From contig JAKEHY010000024.1 of assembly GCA_022614805.1 (NCBI GenBank), positions 1,844 through 65,843 on the forward strand: a DNA stretch of 64,000 bases. The letters are read 5' to 3'. A model generated the notes under the pieces. The model was not told the DNA's origin. It saw only the letters and a list, made by a program, of their open reading frames with translations, and did not search any database. This DNA is from Candidatus Zixiibacteriota bacterium. Lineage in GTDB: Bacteria; Zixibacteria; MSB-5A5; DSPP01. A program made the translations under genes and the position numbers. The stretch's first letter is position 1, and every line of letters begins with the position of its first letter. Shown here piece after piece: positions 55,171 through 64,000 of this stretch.

Positions 55171-56466
55171 CTAATACCTCACATCCACATACGTTTTTTT
55201 CTTCAGCTCCGCCACCCAGTCGGCCACCAACCGTTCGGTTTTTTTGCGGCGGGCCATCTCCTTGATGGTGTCCCAGTCTTCCTCGAGGCTCAAGGTGTGG
55301 GGGGCCTTCTGGTCGGCCAAATGGAGGATGTAATACCCTCCCGGAGCGGCCAGCGGGCCGCGGTACTCCCCCACTTTCATACTATCCACGGACGGCTGTA
55401 AGAGCGGATTGATACCACCCATTTCAAACCAGCCCAAATCCCCGCCCGATTTTTTCGATTCCTCGTCGGCGGAATAGGCTTTCGCCAGCTCCGCAAACGA
55501 GGCTCCGGATTTGAGGCGGGCAACGAGCGAATCGGCCAATCGGGCCACCCGCTGGCTGTCCGTTTTGGAGGGATGCAGACCGAAGAGAACGTGCTGGGTA
55601 TGCACCTTGCGCCCGTCGTTGGCCAAAACCTTAATCAAGTGAAAGCCGAAAACCGTTTTTACCGGGCCGACCAGCTCCCCCGTTTTGGCGCCAAAGGCGG
55701 CCCGCTCAAATTCCGGCACCAGTTCCCCCCGCCCATAGCTGCCGATGTCCCCCCCCCGCTCGGCGGAAGGGTCTTCCGAATAGCGTCGGGCCGCTTCGCC
55801 GAAGTCCAGGCCGGTCTTTATCTCTGCCAAAACGGCATCGGCTTTGGCCTGCAAGGAATCGAGCGTGGCCGGTGCCGGTTCCACCGGCAAAAGAATCTGG
55901 AAAAGCCGCACCTGTTTGGGGGATTCCGGCAAGGAGTCTTTATAGTCCGAATAAAATTTTCGCACTTCGAAATCGGCCACGGTGACTTTGGCCAACCGGG
56001 AGGCAATCAGCCGCTGCTTTAGCAGTTCCCCCCGCACCGTTTCCCGATAACGCTTCAAAAGCTCCCGTTCCGTCAGTCCCTCGCGAGCCAGCTGGGCGGC
56101 AAAGGCAGCCGGGGAGGCGAACTGGCTTTTCACCCGCGCCAGCTGCTCTTCCGCCGCCGCGCTCACTTCCGCCGGGGTCACCTTCAAGTTGCTGTCCTGC
56201 GCCGCTTGCTGCAAAAGCAACTGGTCGGTCACCATTTGGTCCAAAAGTTTTTTCTGCAGAGCCGCCACCCCGGCCGAATCGGAAGGGGGGGTACCACTCT
56301 GGGCCAGATACATCTGGGTCTGCAAGTTCAGTTCGGAAAAGGTGATGACCTCCTTCCCCACGACCGCCGCCACTTTGTCCACCAAGAGGGTGTCTTGGGC
56401 CAAAAGTAAGGGGGCTGTCCAAAAAAGGAACGCCCAAACAAACCGGATGGCTCGTCGGAAAAGCAT
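55171..56466 (-). CDS. SurA-like periplasmic chaperone / parvulin-type peptidyl-prolyl isomerase
   Basis: 431 aa. Signal peptide, SurA N-terminal chaperone region, two parvulin domains (FGFHLIKV motif). Confidence 0.8.
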   Translation of the reverse strand: MLFRRAIRFVWAFLFWTAPLLLAQDTLLVDKVAAVVGKEVITFSELNLQTQMYLAQSGTPPSDSAGVAALQKKLLDQMVTDQLLLQQAAQDSNLKVTPAEVSAAAEEQLARVKSQFASPAAFAAQLAREGLTERELLKRYRETVRGELLKQRLIASRLAKVTVADFEVRKFYSDYKDSLPESPKQVRLFQILLPVEPAPATLDSLQAKADAVLAEIKTGLDFGEAARRYSEDPSAERGGDIGSYGRGELVPEFERAAFGAKTGELVGPVKTVFGFHLIKVLANDGRKVHTQHVLFGLHPSKTDSQRVARLADSLVARLKSGASFAELAKAYSADEESKKSGGDLGWFEMGGINPLLQPSVDSMKVGEYRGPLAAPGGYYILHLADQKAPHTLSLEEDWDTIKEMARRKKTERLVADWVAELKKKTYVDVRY

Positions 56467-56467
56467 T

Positions 56468-58231
56468 TTAGCTGGTCCCCTCCTTCGCTTGCTCCCGCCA
56501 TTCTTTCAGCTTGGCGTAGTAGACCGGGTCCACCGTTTTTTGCAAAACTTCCGGATAAACCGCCACCGGGGTTTTTTTCTTCTGCCCGGCCGTCCAGACG
56601 GCGAAGGCGGAATCGGCCGCCCTCATCCAGAGCCTTTGCCAAAGCCCCTCTTTGACCTCGCCAAAACTCTGCTTGCGGGCGGGCCGTTTGGCCTCGAGGT
56701 AAATAAGGGAAAAACTTCCATCCGCCAACTCAATCGGCCCGGCGATTTGGCCTTTCTTCATTTTGGCGGCGGCGGCAAAAAGCTCCGGGAACTGGTGCTG
56801 TTCCACCCACCCCAACTCACCGTTCAGGGGGCGGAGGTGGGTCCGGGCCGTGAATCTGGAAGCGGCCGCCAAGAGTTGACCCTTGTCCCGAACCCCTTTT
56901 TTAAGGGAGTCGATTTCCTCCCGGCTGGGGCGGTTGATTTCGAAAAGATGGAGGGCCGCGGGCACAAGAAATTCTTCCGAGTGGGTGCCGAAGTAGGACC
57001 GAACCGCGGGGGAATCGATCCGAACCGAGGACAGAAGCCGGGCTTTTAAGAGCAGGGCCATTCGCCCTTCCACCGCCCCTTTGAATAGCTTCAAAAACTC
57101 GGGGTCTTTGTCCAGCCCTTTGGAGAGGGCCGCATTCACCATCGCTTCCTGGAAGACCAGTTGAAACAAACGGGCTTTGGTTTCCTCGGTGGTGTCCAAG
57201 ACCAGGCGGTCCATCGGCCGGCTTCCCTGAAGGGTTTGCAGGTACTGCCCGGCGGTGACGGCCCCTCCCTTGAAAGTAAGCAACGGCATATCCCGCTGGG
57301 CCGATGAGAGCATGTCGGTCTGAAGATAGATGGAATAACGTTCCGGCCGACCGGGTTCGACAACTTTTGAAAGCTCTTTTTGCATGAGGTTGACGAAGCG
57401 GGCCGTGGAATCGACGATGCGGAAGTTCAGGTTTTTTCGGATTTCCACCACCAAATTGGCGGCCCGGTCCGCCTCCCGGGAGGGCTCTAACAGTTTGCGC
57501 AATTCCGGCTCGAACAGCCGGAGGTCCGGCAGCTGGGCCGGCCGCTGTTCGTAGCATTGTAAAAGGAGCCAGCCTTCCGGCATCCGGAAAGGTCCGGCCA
57601 AATCCCCCGGCTTCATCTCCACCCCCCTCGCAAACAAGGGTTCGGGCAGCTTGCGGCTCCATCCGTACCAGCCGATGTCACCCCCTTTGGGAGCGGAAAG
57701 CGGGTCTTTCGAATGGAGCAGGGCCAAGCTGTCAAAGCGGGCCCCCCTGCGCAAGAAGGACAAGAGGCTGTCGGCCAACTTCCCGTCGAAGGTCAGAATT
57801 TGCTTGAAGCACCGGTCGGTTCGAAAGGCGCGGTAGTAGCGCAAAACCTCGGCATTGGTCAGCCGGACCTTGTCCCGTGCCTCGCGAAAGTAGAGGACGT
57901 CCAGCAAAAAAAGGGGGCGTTCCGACTCCGCAAAGGCCCGAATTAAACTGTCCTGATCCAGCTTCTGACGGTAGGCCTCCTGGACCAGAAGCCGGGTTTC
58001 CACGAGGCTATCCAAAAGCCGCATCTTTTCTGCCAGTTCCTCTTCGGCCGAGGGAAAAAGAAGCCTTTGCCGCTCCAATATTTCGGTTATTTCCCCCGCC
58101 AAAATCTTTTCTTCCCCCACCGCGGCCACCGGCGGCGATTCACTCGCTTTTTTTGAACAACCAAAACCCCACACGGCCGCTGAAAGCAGTGCCAGACCGG
58201 TTAAAAAGGGGCGGCCCCGGCGTTTTCTCAT
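56468..58231 (-). CDS. parvulin-type peptidyl-prolyl isomerase (PpiD/SurA-like)
   Basis: Start placed at ATG 58231 (MRKRRGRPF...) to avoid a 64-nt overlap with mfd. Signal peptide. Parvulin domain GDIGWYGWS / GELGWVEQ. Confidence 0.7.
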   Translation of the reverse strand: MRKRRGRPFLTGLALLSAAVWGFGCSKKASESPPVAAVGEEKILAGEITEILERQRLLFPSAEEELAEKMRLLDSLVETRLLVQEAYRQKLDQDSLIRAFAESERPLFLLDVLYFREARDKVRLTNAEVLRYYRAFRTDRCFKQILTFDGKLADSLLSFLRRGARFDSLALLHSKDPLSAPKGGDIGWYGWSRKLPEPLFARGVEMKPGDLAGPFRMPEGWLLLQCYEQRPAQLPDLRLFEPELRKLLEPSREADRAANLVVEIRKNLNFRIVDSTARFVNLMQKELSKVVEPGRPERYSIYLQTDMLSSAQRDMPLLTFKGGAVTAGQYLQTLQGSRPMDRLVLDTTEETKARLFQLVFQEAMVNAALSKGLDKDPEFLKLFKGAVEGRMALLLKARLLSSVRIDSPAVRSYFGTHSEEFLVPAALHLFEINRPSREEIDSLKKGVRDKGQLLAAASRFTARTHLRPLNGELGWVEQHQFPELFAAAAKMKKGQIAGPIELADGSFSLIYLEAKRPARKQSFGEVKEGLWQRLWMRAADSAFAVWTAGQKKKTPVAVYPEVLQKTVDPVYYAKLKEWREQAKEGTS

Positions 58232-58245
58232 CTCCATCCTTTCGA

Positions 58246-61200
58246 TTATATGCTTGAAAGCAGTTTTCGGGCTTCCTCCAAAAGCTCGCCCCCCGTACAG
58301 GCGGAACACCCCACCCGCAGGGCCAATCCCGGCGCAAAGGCGAACTCGATGGCGTCCGGCAGCCGCATCCGCAGCTCCTCGATGCTTTTGCGGGTGGCCG
58401 GAAATTCGGATGTAAAGACCGCCTCCAGCCGCCCGCCGGAGGCTTTCAACTCCCCGATTTTCTTCTCTTCGGCCAGGAGTTTCAGTTCCACCATTTTTAG
58501 AAGCTCCTCCCCCTTCGGCGGCGGCGGCCCGAAGCGGTCCTCCAGTTCCAAGCGAAAATCCTCCAGCCCGGCTCTGTTTTTCAATTCCGAAAGCCGCTTG
58601 TACACCTCAATCCGGTCGGCCGGGGAGGCAACATAATCTTCCGGCAGGCCGGGGACAATCGGAAACGACAGTTTGACCTCCGGCCGGATGGCGTGCGCCT
58701 CTCCTTTAAGCCGGGCGACCGCCTCCTCCAAAAGCTCGCAATATAAATCAAAACCGACCTCTTCGATAAAGCCGTGCTGCTGGGCCCCCAACAGATTGCC
58801 GGCCCCCCGGATTTCCAAATCCCGCATCGCCAGGTAAAACCCGGAGCCGAGCTCGGTGAACTCGGCAATAGCCTTGAGCCTTTTTTTGGCCGTGTCCGTG
58901 AGGGAACTCCAGGGAGGAGTGAAAAAATAGGCGAACGCCTTTTCGGAACTGCGGCCGACCCGGCCCCGCAGCTGGTAAAGCTGGGCCAGGCCGAAACGGT
59001 CTGCCCGGTTGACGATTAAGGTGTTAACCGAGGGGATGTCTAGGCCGGACTCGATGATGGAGGTGGACAAAAGCAAATCGAACTTGCGCACCAGAAAATC
59101 GACCATCACCCGCTCCAAGGTCTCTTCCGAAAGCTGCCCGTGAGCCACCCCCAGTTTCAGCCCCGGAATCAGATCCAGCAAGTAATTTTTCATCCCCTCG
59201 ATGGTCTCCACCCGGTTGTGGACGAAGAACACTTGCCCCCCCCGCTCCAGCTCGAACAAAACCGCGTCCCGGACGGCCTCATCGGAGAAGGGAAGAATCT
59301 CGGTCTGAATCGGAAGCCGCCCGCGCGGCGGTGTGGAGATGACCGAAAGGTCGCGCGCCCCGGAGAGCGAAAGCTGCAGGGTGCGGGGAATCGGTGTGGC
59401 GGAAAGGGTCAAAACATCCACCGTTTCCTTCATTTTTTTCAGCTTCTCTTTTTGAACAACTCCAAAACGGTGCTCCTCGTCGATGACCAAAAGCCCCGGG
59501 TCTTTGAAAGCGACGTCCTTGGCCAAAAGCCGGTGGGTGCCGATGACGATGTCCACCGTTCCTTTTTTCAACTCCGCCACCACTTTTTTCTGTTCTTTGG
59601 CCGGGCGGAAACGGGAAAGCAGCTCAATCCGCACCGGGAAAGGCAAAAGCCGCTCGCCGAAGGTCAAATAATGCTGCAGCGCGAGAATGGTGGTGGGGAC
59701 CAGAACCGCCGCCTGCTTGCCGTCCGCCACCGCTTTGAGCGAAGCCCGCACCGCCACTTCGGTTTTGCCAAATCCGACGTCTCCCAAAACCAGCCGGTCC
59801 ATCGGAGCGGCAAACTCCATATCCCGACGAACTGCCTCGATGGCTTCATTCTGGTCGGGCGTTTCGTCGTAGGGGAAACTGGTCTCCAATTCCCGCATCC
59901 AGGAGGAATCGACTGAAAAGGGGTGCCCCGGCCGGGATTTGCGGGCGGCGTAGAGCGCCACCAGCTCGCCGGCCATCTCCGCCAGCGCCTTTTGAACCTT
60001 CTCCTTGGCCCGTTCCCAGCTTTTGGTTCCCAGCCGGGTTAAAGCCGGCTCCCCCTCCTTGCCGGCGTACTTTTGCACCCGTCGGAACTGCTCAATGGGA
60101 ACGTAGAGCTTGTCCCCTCCGGCGTAGGCCAAATGCAGGCAGTCGGTTTTCTCTCCCTCGACGGTAACGCTCGCAAGCCCCGCGAAACGCCCCACTCCGT
60201 AATCGACGTGAACGACAAAATCCCCCGGGGTCAGTGAGGTGTAGGAGGCCAAAGCGATTCCTTCGCGGGCTTTCCGCCTCGGGCGGGTCCGCAATTTCCG
60301 GCCGAAAAGCTCGTGCCCGGTAAAAACGGCAAATCCGGCATCCGGATATATGAATCCTTCTGCAAAGCGCCCCACCCCCGTTGCCAGGGGCATTCGCTCC
60401 TCTTCCAAAAGGGAACCGATGCGGTTTTTTTCCTCCTCCGTTTCGCAAAAAAGGAAGGGGCGAATCCCCCGCTCGGAAAGGGTGGAAACTTCCTTGGCCC
60501 AGACGGAGAGGTTGCGCCCCAGCCCAGGCAGGGGGGCACTGGCGAAGATGATGCGGTTCGGTCCGGAAAGACCGACCGATGGGAATATCAGTCCGGACCG
60601 GGAACGCAGGCCATCCCAGGTCTTTTCGGCCCGGGTTAAAATCTCTTTCCCCGAAGCGCCAAAGATTTTCTCCCACTCCGACTGATTGTAGGCTCCCTTT
60701 TCCAGCCATTCCCTCTTGCGGGCTTCCAGTTCCTCGTTTTCCACCCAGGCCACCGCCGAAAGGTCGGGCGAAAGGTACTCTTCCAGACCTCCCATTGATG
60801 TCCCCAGAAACGGAGCCAGATATTCGAGGGCCGGGAAACGGTTGGAAAGCTCCTTCTCCCCGAAAAAGGGGGCCGCAAAATCTTCCGGCAGGGATTTCAA
60901 GGTGCGGGTCACCTGCTCGGTGTCGACTAAGACCTCCTGGTTCGGAAGCAGCGTGAAACTTTCTAATTTCTCCTTGGAGCGCTGGTCCAAAACCGAAAAC
61001 GCCCGCAGCGATTCCACCCGGTCGCCGAAAAACTCGACCCGCACCGGGGCGGAGGCGACCGGCGGGAATAAATCGACGATGCCTCCCCGCACAGAATAAT
61101 CGGCCGGTTCCTGGGTCAAAGGCACGCGATGGTAGCCCAGCTTCTCGAGGGTGGCCATCAATTTTTCCGGCCCCAACTCCTGACCAATTCTGACATCGAA

Positions 61201-61659
61201 GCGGTTTTTCACAAGAAGAGGTTTGGGCATAGTCGGCTCCAGGAGGGTCTGGGTAACCGTTACAACGATGGCGTTTGGATTATCGGTGAGGTGCGACAAA
61301 ACGGCAATCCGCTGTCCGGAAATATCCTCCAGCACCCGGTGCGGATAGAAAGGCTCGATGCCAAAGGAGGGAAAATAGAGGATGATTTCATCCGGCAGGA
61401 GGGTGGTCAAATCCTGCTGAAGCGCCAGGGCCTGTTCTTCTTTGGGCACAACCGCCAGCCGCAAGCCGCCCCGATTTTGAAAAGCGGCGGCCAAGAGGAA
61501 AGAACGGGCCGAGCCGGAAAGCCCCACCGGAAACGCCTCCCGCCCCTCCTCGAGCCGGGCCAACACGACCTGGGCGGGACGGGTTTGACGAAAAGCCTCC
61601 AGCAGCCGTTCTATTCGTCGGCCTTCCCTCATCAAAACCGGCGGGGCCATCTCGGGCAT
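58246..61659 (-). CDS. mfd: transcription-repair coupling factor
   Basis: 1137 aa. UvrB-homology N-terminal domains, RNAP-interacting domain, superfamily-2 translocase motifs (GDVGFGKTEVA, DEEHRFG), C-terminal TRG/D7 region. Confidence 0.92.
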   Translation of the reverse strand: MPEMAPPVLMREGRRIERLLEAFRQTRPAQVVLARLEEGREAFPVGLSGSARSFLLAAAFQNRGGLRLAVVPKEEQALALQQDLTTLLPDEIILYFPSFGIEPFYPHRVLEDISGQRIAVLSHLTDNPNAIVVTVTQTLLEPTMPKPLLVKNRFDVRIGQELGPEKLMATLEKLGYHRVPLTQEPADYSVRGGIVDLFPPVASAPVRVEFFGDRVESLRAFSVLDQRSKEKLESFTLLPNQEVLVDTEQVTRTLKSLPEDFAAPFFGEKELSNRFPALEYLAPFLGTSMGGLEEYLSPDLSAVAWVENEELEARKREWLEKGAYNQSEWEKIFGASGKEILTRAEKTWDGLRSRSGLIFPSVGLSGPNRIIFASAPLPGLGRNLSVWAKEVSTLSERGIRPFLFCETEEEKNRIGSLLEEERMPLATGVGRFAEGFIYPDAGFAVFTGHELFGRKLRTRPRRKAREGIALASYTSLTPGDFVVHVDYGVGRFAGLASVTVEGEKTDCLHLAYAGGDKLYVPIEQFRRVQKYAGKEGEPALTRLGTKSWERAKEKVQKALAEMAGELVALYAARKSRPGHPFSVDSSWMRELETSFPYDETPDQNEAIEAVRRDMEFAAPMDRLVLGDVGFGKTEVAVRASLKAVADGKQAAVLVPTTILALQHYLTFGERLLPFPVRIELLSRFRPAKEQKKVVAELKKGTVDIVIGTHRLLAKDVAFKDPGLLVIDEEHRFGVVQKEKLKKMKETVDVLTLSATPIPRTLQLSLSGARDLSVISTPPRGRLPIQTEILPFSDEAVRDAVLFELERGGQVFFVHNRVETIEGMKNYLLDLIPGLKLGVAHGQLSEETLERVMVDFLVRKFDLLLSTSIIESGLDIPSVNTLIVNRADRFGLAQLYQLRGRVGRSSEKAFAYFFTPPWSSLTDTAKKRLKAIAEFTELGSGFYLAMRDLEIRGAGNLLGAQQHGFIEEVGFDLYCELLEEAVARLKGEAHAIRPEVKLSFPIVPGLPEDYVASPADRIEVYKRLSELKNRAGLEDFRLELEDRFGPPPPKGEELLKMVELKLLAEEKKIGELKASGGRLEAVFTSEFPATRKSIEELRMRLPDAIEFAFAPGLALRVGCSACTGGELLEEARKLLSSI

Positions 61660-61827
61660 AATTTTTCTTTTCCGGCAACACCAAAACCCCGCCTTCGTCT
61701 GAAACCAGTAGGAAGAAGGCGGGTTGCCAGCCGCAAAGAACCGAATCTAACTAAAACCGGCCGTTTCTACAAGAGGCGGAAAACCCGGATAAAGGTGGCA
61801 AAAGGCCGGGAGGTGTGGTAAATTGGG

Positions 61828-62529
61828 ATGATGAAGAAAAAAAACTGGACGGGTGCGGTTTTTTTGACGGTTCTTCTGGCCACTTTGGGCCTTGCCAAAA
61901 CGAGCAAGAAAACCGAAACCCCAAACCCGATTTCCCGTATGATTGCCGCTTTGGGGGGGGACAAATTCTTAAATCTATCCGCTTTTCAGCTCTCCGGCCG
62001 TGGGTTTTTGGTTGGCAAAAACCCGGTCAAAATAGATTTCGCCCAGCGGGGGGGGAAAATGCGCTCCCAGATAGAGACGAACTTTTGGAGCTCCACCGAA
62101 GTTTTCGACGGGGTCTCCGGCTGGCGCCGCTTCGGCGCCGAAAAACCGTTCAAGCTTTCCCAGAGCCCGCTGGCCCTTTTTGCCCGAAACGGCCTTTTGC
62201 GCCTGCAGCAAATCGAGCGGAGTGTTTTTGAACTGGAAAAAGACACTGTAATAGACAAAACTTCCTGTTATTGGATAAAAAGTCTCGATTCCACCTTCGG
62301 CGAACTCTGGATTTTTTTGGACCAAAAGACCTTCCGCCCCAAGGAGCTCTATTCTCCGGCCAATGGAATCACCGCCGGTCTTGCGGCCTACGAGTTGATG
62401 GAAGAGGTTTATTTTCCCTACATGATAACCGTCCGCCGGGGGGTGCAAAGCTATTTGGAATTGAAATTGGACACCGTGGCGGTCAACCCGACCCTGCCCG
62501 ACTCCTTTTTCACCTTCCCCGAAGAGTAG
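61828..62529 (+). CDS. secreted hypothetical protein (possibly LolA-like fold)
   Basis: 233 aa, signal peptide MMKKKNWTGAVFLTVLLATLGLA. No catalytic motif. Confidence 0.45.
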   Translation: MMKKKNWTGAVFLTVLLATLGLAKTSKKTETPNPISRMIAALGGDKFLNLSAFQLSGRGFLVGKNPVKIDFAQRGGKMRSQIETNFWSSTEVFDGVSGWRRFGAEKPFKLSQSPLALFARNGLLRLQQIERSVFELEKDTVIDKTSCYWIKSLDSTFGELWIFLDQKTFRPKELYSPANGITAGLAAYELMEEVYFPYMITVRRGVQSYLELKLDTVAVNPTLPDSFFTFPEE

Positions 62530-62584
62530 GGGCAATTCATGAATTGCCCCTACCATTTTCCCCCTTCCCGCGTCGGGAAGGGGG
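62529..62584. repeat. compound hairpin element: 22-bp perfect palindrome GGGGCAATTCATGAATTGCCCC + TACCATTTT, then CCCCCTTCCCG-cgt-CGGGAAGGGGG
   Basis: Starts at the last base of the 61828-62529 gene stop. Lies upstream of hflX. Confidence 0.55.
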
Positions 62585-62619
62585 TAAGGTCTCCTTCCCG
62601 GGGTAGTGCGGGGTGTACG

Positions 62620-62647
62620 AATCTCTAATCTCAAATCTCCAATCTCT
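62620..62647. repeat. four tandem heptamers AATCTCN
   Basis: AATCTCT AATCTCA AATCTCC AATCTCT, 52 bp upstream of the hflX start. Confidence 0.6.
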
Positions 62648-62698
62648 GCCTTTCCCCCCCTATCTTCCGGCACTTATTTTGCGTATTTTAATTGGCAG

Positions 62699-63832
62699 AT
62701 GGATAAGCTGGTTACCACCCGTCCCAAGGAAAAAGCGCTTTTAGCCGGGGCTTTTATAAACGGAACGGCGGCCGAATCGATGGCGGAGCTGGAGGCCCTG
62801 ACGCTCTCCGCCGGGGCGATTGTGGTCGGCCGTTTGGCGCAAAGGCGCACGGCCCCCGACCCGGCCTTTTTCATCGGCCGGGGAAAAGTGGAGGAAATCA
62901 AAACGAAAGCGGAGGAAGCCGAAGCCGACGTCGTTATTTTCGACGACGAGCTGACCGGCGCCCAAGTTGCTAATCTGCAGGAGTTGACCGGCGTCCGCAC
63001 GATTGACCGCACGAATCTGATTCTGGACATCTTCGCCCAGCGGGCCAAAACCAGGGAGGCGAAAGCCCAAGTGGAGCTCGCCCAGTTGGAGTACCTCTTG
63101 CCTCGGTTGGCTGGGCGCTGGTCGCATTTGGAACGGCAGGTCGGCGGCATCGGCACCCGCGGCCCCGGCGAAACCCAGCTGGAAACCGACCGCCGGCAGG
63201 TGCGCCACAAAATCGTTCATTTGAAAAAAGTGCTGAAGGAAATCGACCGCCAAAGAGCCGTCCAGCACAAAAAAAGAAGTGCGGTGTACCGGGTCAGCTT
63301 GGTGGGCTACACCAACGCCGGCAAATCCTCCCTTTTCAACCAGCTCACCCGTTCCCAGACCAAAGTGGAGGACCGCTTCTTTTCGACCTTGGATTCCACG
63401 ACGCGGGTGTTGAAGTTCCCCTACTTTCCCCGGGTGATTCTGACCGACACGGTCGGCTTCATCAAAAAACTGCCGACCCACCTGATCGCCTCCTTCCGCT
63501 CCACCCTTTCGGAGGCGGCCGAATCGGACCTCCTTTTGCACGTGGTGGATTTCTCCCGTTCCGACTTTCGCGAAAATATCGCCGAGGTGCAGAAAATCCT
63601 GACTTCGTTGAAGGCCGATAAAATCCCGACCTTTCTGGTTTTGAACAAAATAGACCGGCTGGAAAGGGAAATCGGATTCGAAAATAAAAACGGCTTCTGG
63701 GATGTGGCGCGTGTGTCGGCCCTCAAGGGAAGCGGCATCGTGGGCTTGACGAACAAAATCGAATCCTTTTTGCGCTGGAGCTCCCAGAACCAAAACGGCG
63801 CCCCCGTGCGGGCCAACGAGCCCCCGGCCTAA
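62699..63832 (+). CDS. hflX: GTPase HflX
   Basis: Start at MDKLVTTRPKEKALLAGAF (ATG 62699). HflX N-terminal domain, then G-domain GYTNAGKSSLFN, DTVGFI, LNKID. Confidence 0.88.
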   Translation: MDKLVTTRPKEKALLAGAFINGTAAESMAELEALTLSAGAIVVGRLAQRRTAPDPAFFIGRGKVEEIKTKAEEAEADVVIFDDELTGAQVANLQELTGVRTIDRTNLILDIFAQRAKTREAKAQVELAQLEYLLPRLAGRWSHLERQVGGIGTRGPGETQLETDRRQVRHKIVHLKKVLKEIDRQRAVQHKKRSAVYRVSLVGYTNAGKSSLFNQLTRSQTKVEDRFFSTLDSTTRVLKFPYFPRVILTDTVGFIKKLPTHLIASFRSTLSEAAESDLLLHVVDFSRSDFRENIAEVQKILTSLKADKIPTFLVLNKIDRLEREIGFENKNGFWDVARVSALKGSGIVGLTNKIESFLRWSSQNQNGAPVRANEPPA

Positions 63833-63911
63833 GCGAACAACTCTCTTTCTTTTAACCTTTTTAGTTAAACCCGTGCCTCTTTTTGCCGAAAATATAGAGG
63901 GATATCAGCCA

Positions 63912-64000
63912 ATGCAGAACGACGCGCGCCGGGTCTTGATAGTGGACGACAACCCGAATATGTCCAATTTGCTCTCCGATATGCTGGAGGTTTTTGAATT
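63912..64000 (+). CDS. response regulator receiver domain protein (5' partial, continues beyond window)
   Basis: MQNDARRVLIVDDNPNMSNLLSDMLEVFEF is a CheY-like receiver N-terminus. Confidence 0.6.
   Translation, partial: MQNDARRVLIVDDNPNMSNLLSDMLEVFE

Noticed and set aside
58232-58309. ORF-track start at 58309 for the PpiD/SurA-like PPIase (613 aa).
   Set aside because: That start would overlap the mfd coding region by 64 nt. An internal ATG at 58231 with an AAGGA RBS gives a signal-peptide N-terminus and no overlap.
1-64000. Searched for CRISPR arrays, IS/transposase, integrase and prophage structural modules.
   Set aside because: No regularly spaced direct repeats of 25-40 bp and no DDE/tyrosine-recombinase-like ORFs. 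The only horizontally acquired candidate is the low-GC islet, which lacks recombinase genes.

Overview
This is a 64 kb chromosomal window, GC-rich by eye (around 60%), from an uncultured-type bacterium. Two adjacent secreted proteins carry Por/T9SS C-terminal sorting domains, and the window also holds an SBBP-repeat protein and a dockerin module, so an FCB-superphylum-like lineage is likely. I call about 50 protein genes and one tRNA-Asp. There is no CRISPR array, transposase or integrase. Housekeeping content includes lon, a fused alpha/beta E1 of a 2-oxoacid dehydrogenase, a sugar nucleotidyltransferase/PMM-like fusion, cstA, pssA-psd, fsa/tal, truA, polX, yifB, pdxST, bcp, purSQ, tatA, tandem surA-like PPIases, mfd and hflX. 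Accessory content includes a TetR-regulated TolC/MFP/RND efflux operon with a perfect operator palindrome, tandem secreted amidohydrolases, T9SS cargo genes, an OmpA protein with TSP3 repeats, and a putative prodomain-like protein next to an S1 protease. The observations I rank highest: (1) An abrupt low-GC (roughly 35-40%) two-gene islet at 5644-7094 sits inside high-GC core genes. It encodes an unknown 206-aa protein and a membrane-anchored, coiled-coil Mrr-type PD-(D/E)xK nuclease, and is a candidate uncharacterised defence/toxin module. (2) An SOS-type cassette runs radical-SAM DNA-repair protein, umuD, umuC, with a divergently encoded HTH-S24 (LexA-like) repressor. The UmuD homologue has its nucleophilic Ser replaced by Ala and its Cys-Gly cleavage site changed to Val-Gly, so it is predicted not to autocleave. 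The AT-rich control region carries 14-bp direct repeats. (3) A family of compound GC-rich hairpins recurs at five or more intergenic loci. Stems covary while a 3' flank GCCCCTAC(A)A is conserved, which fits a structured-RNA family better than a REP element. (4) Domain-architecture oddities: MscL fused to a C-terminal Cys4 zinc ribbon, Bcp peroxiredoxin with a histone-H1-like lysine-rich N-terminal tail, and an SBBP-dockerin protein broken by an in-frame TGA exactly at a conserved Gly codon. All calls come from reading the sequence and the ORF translations. No database searches were run.
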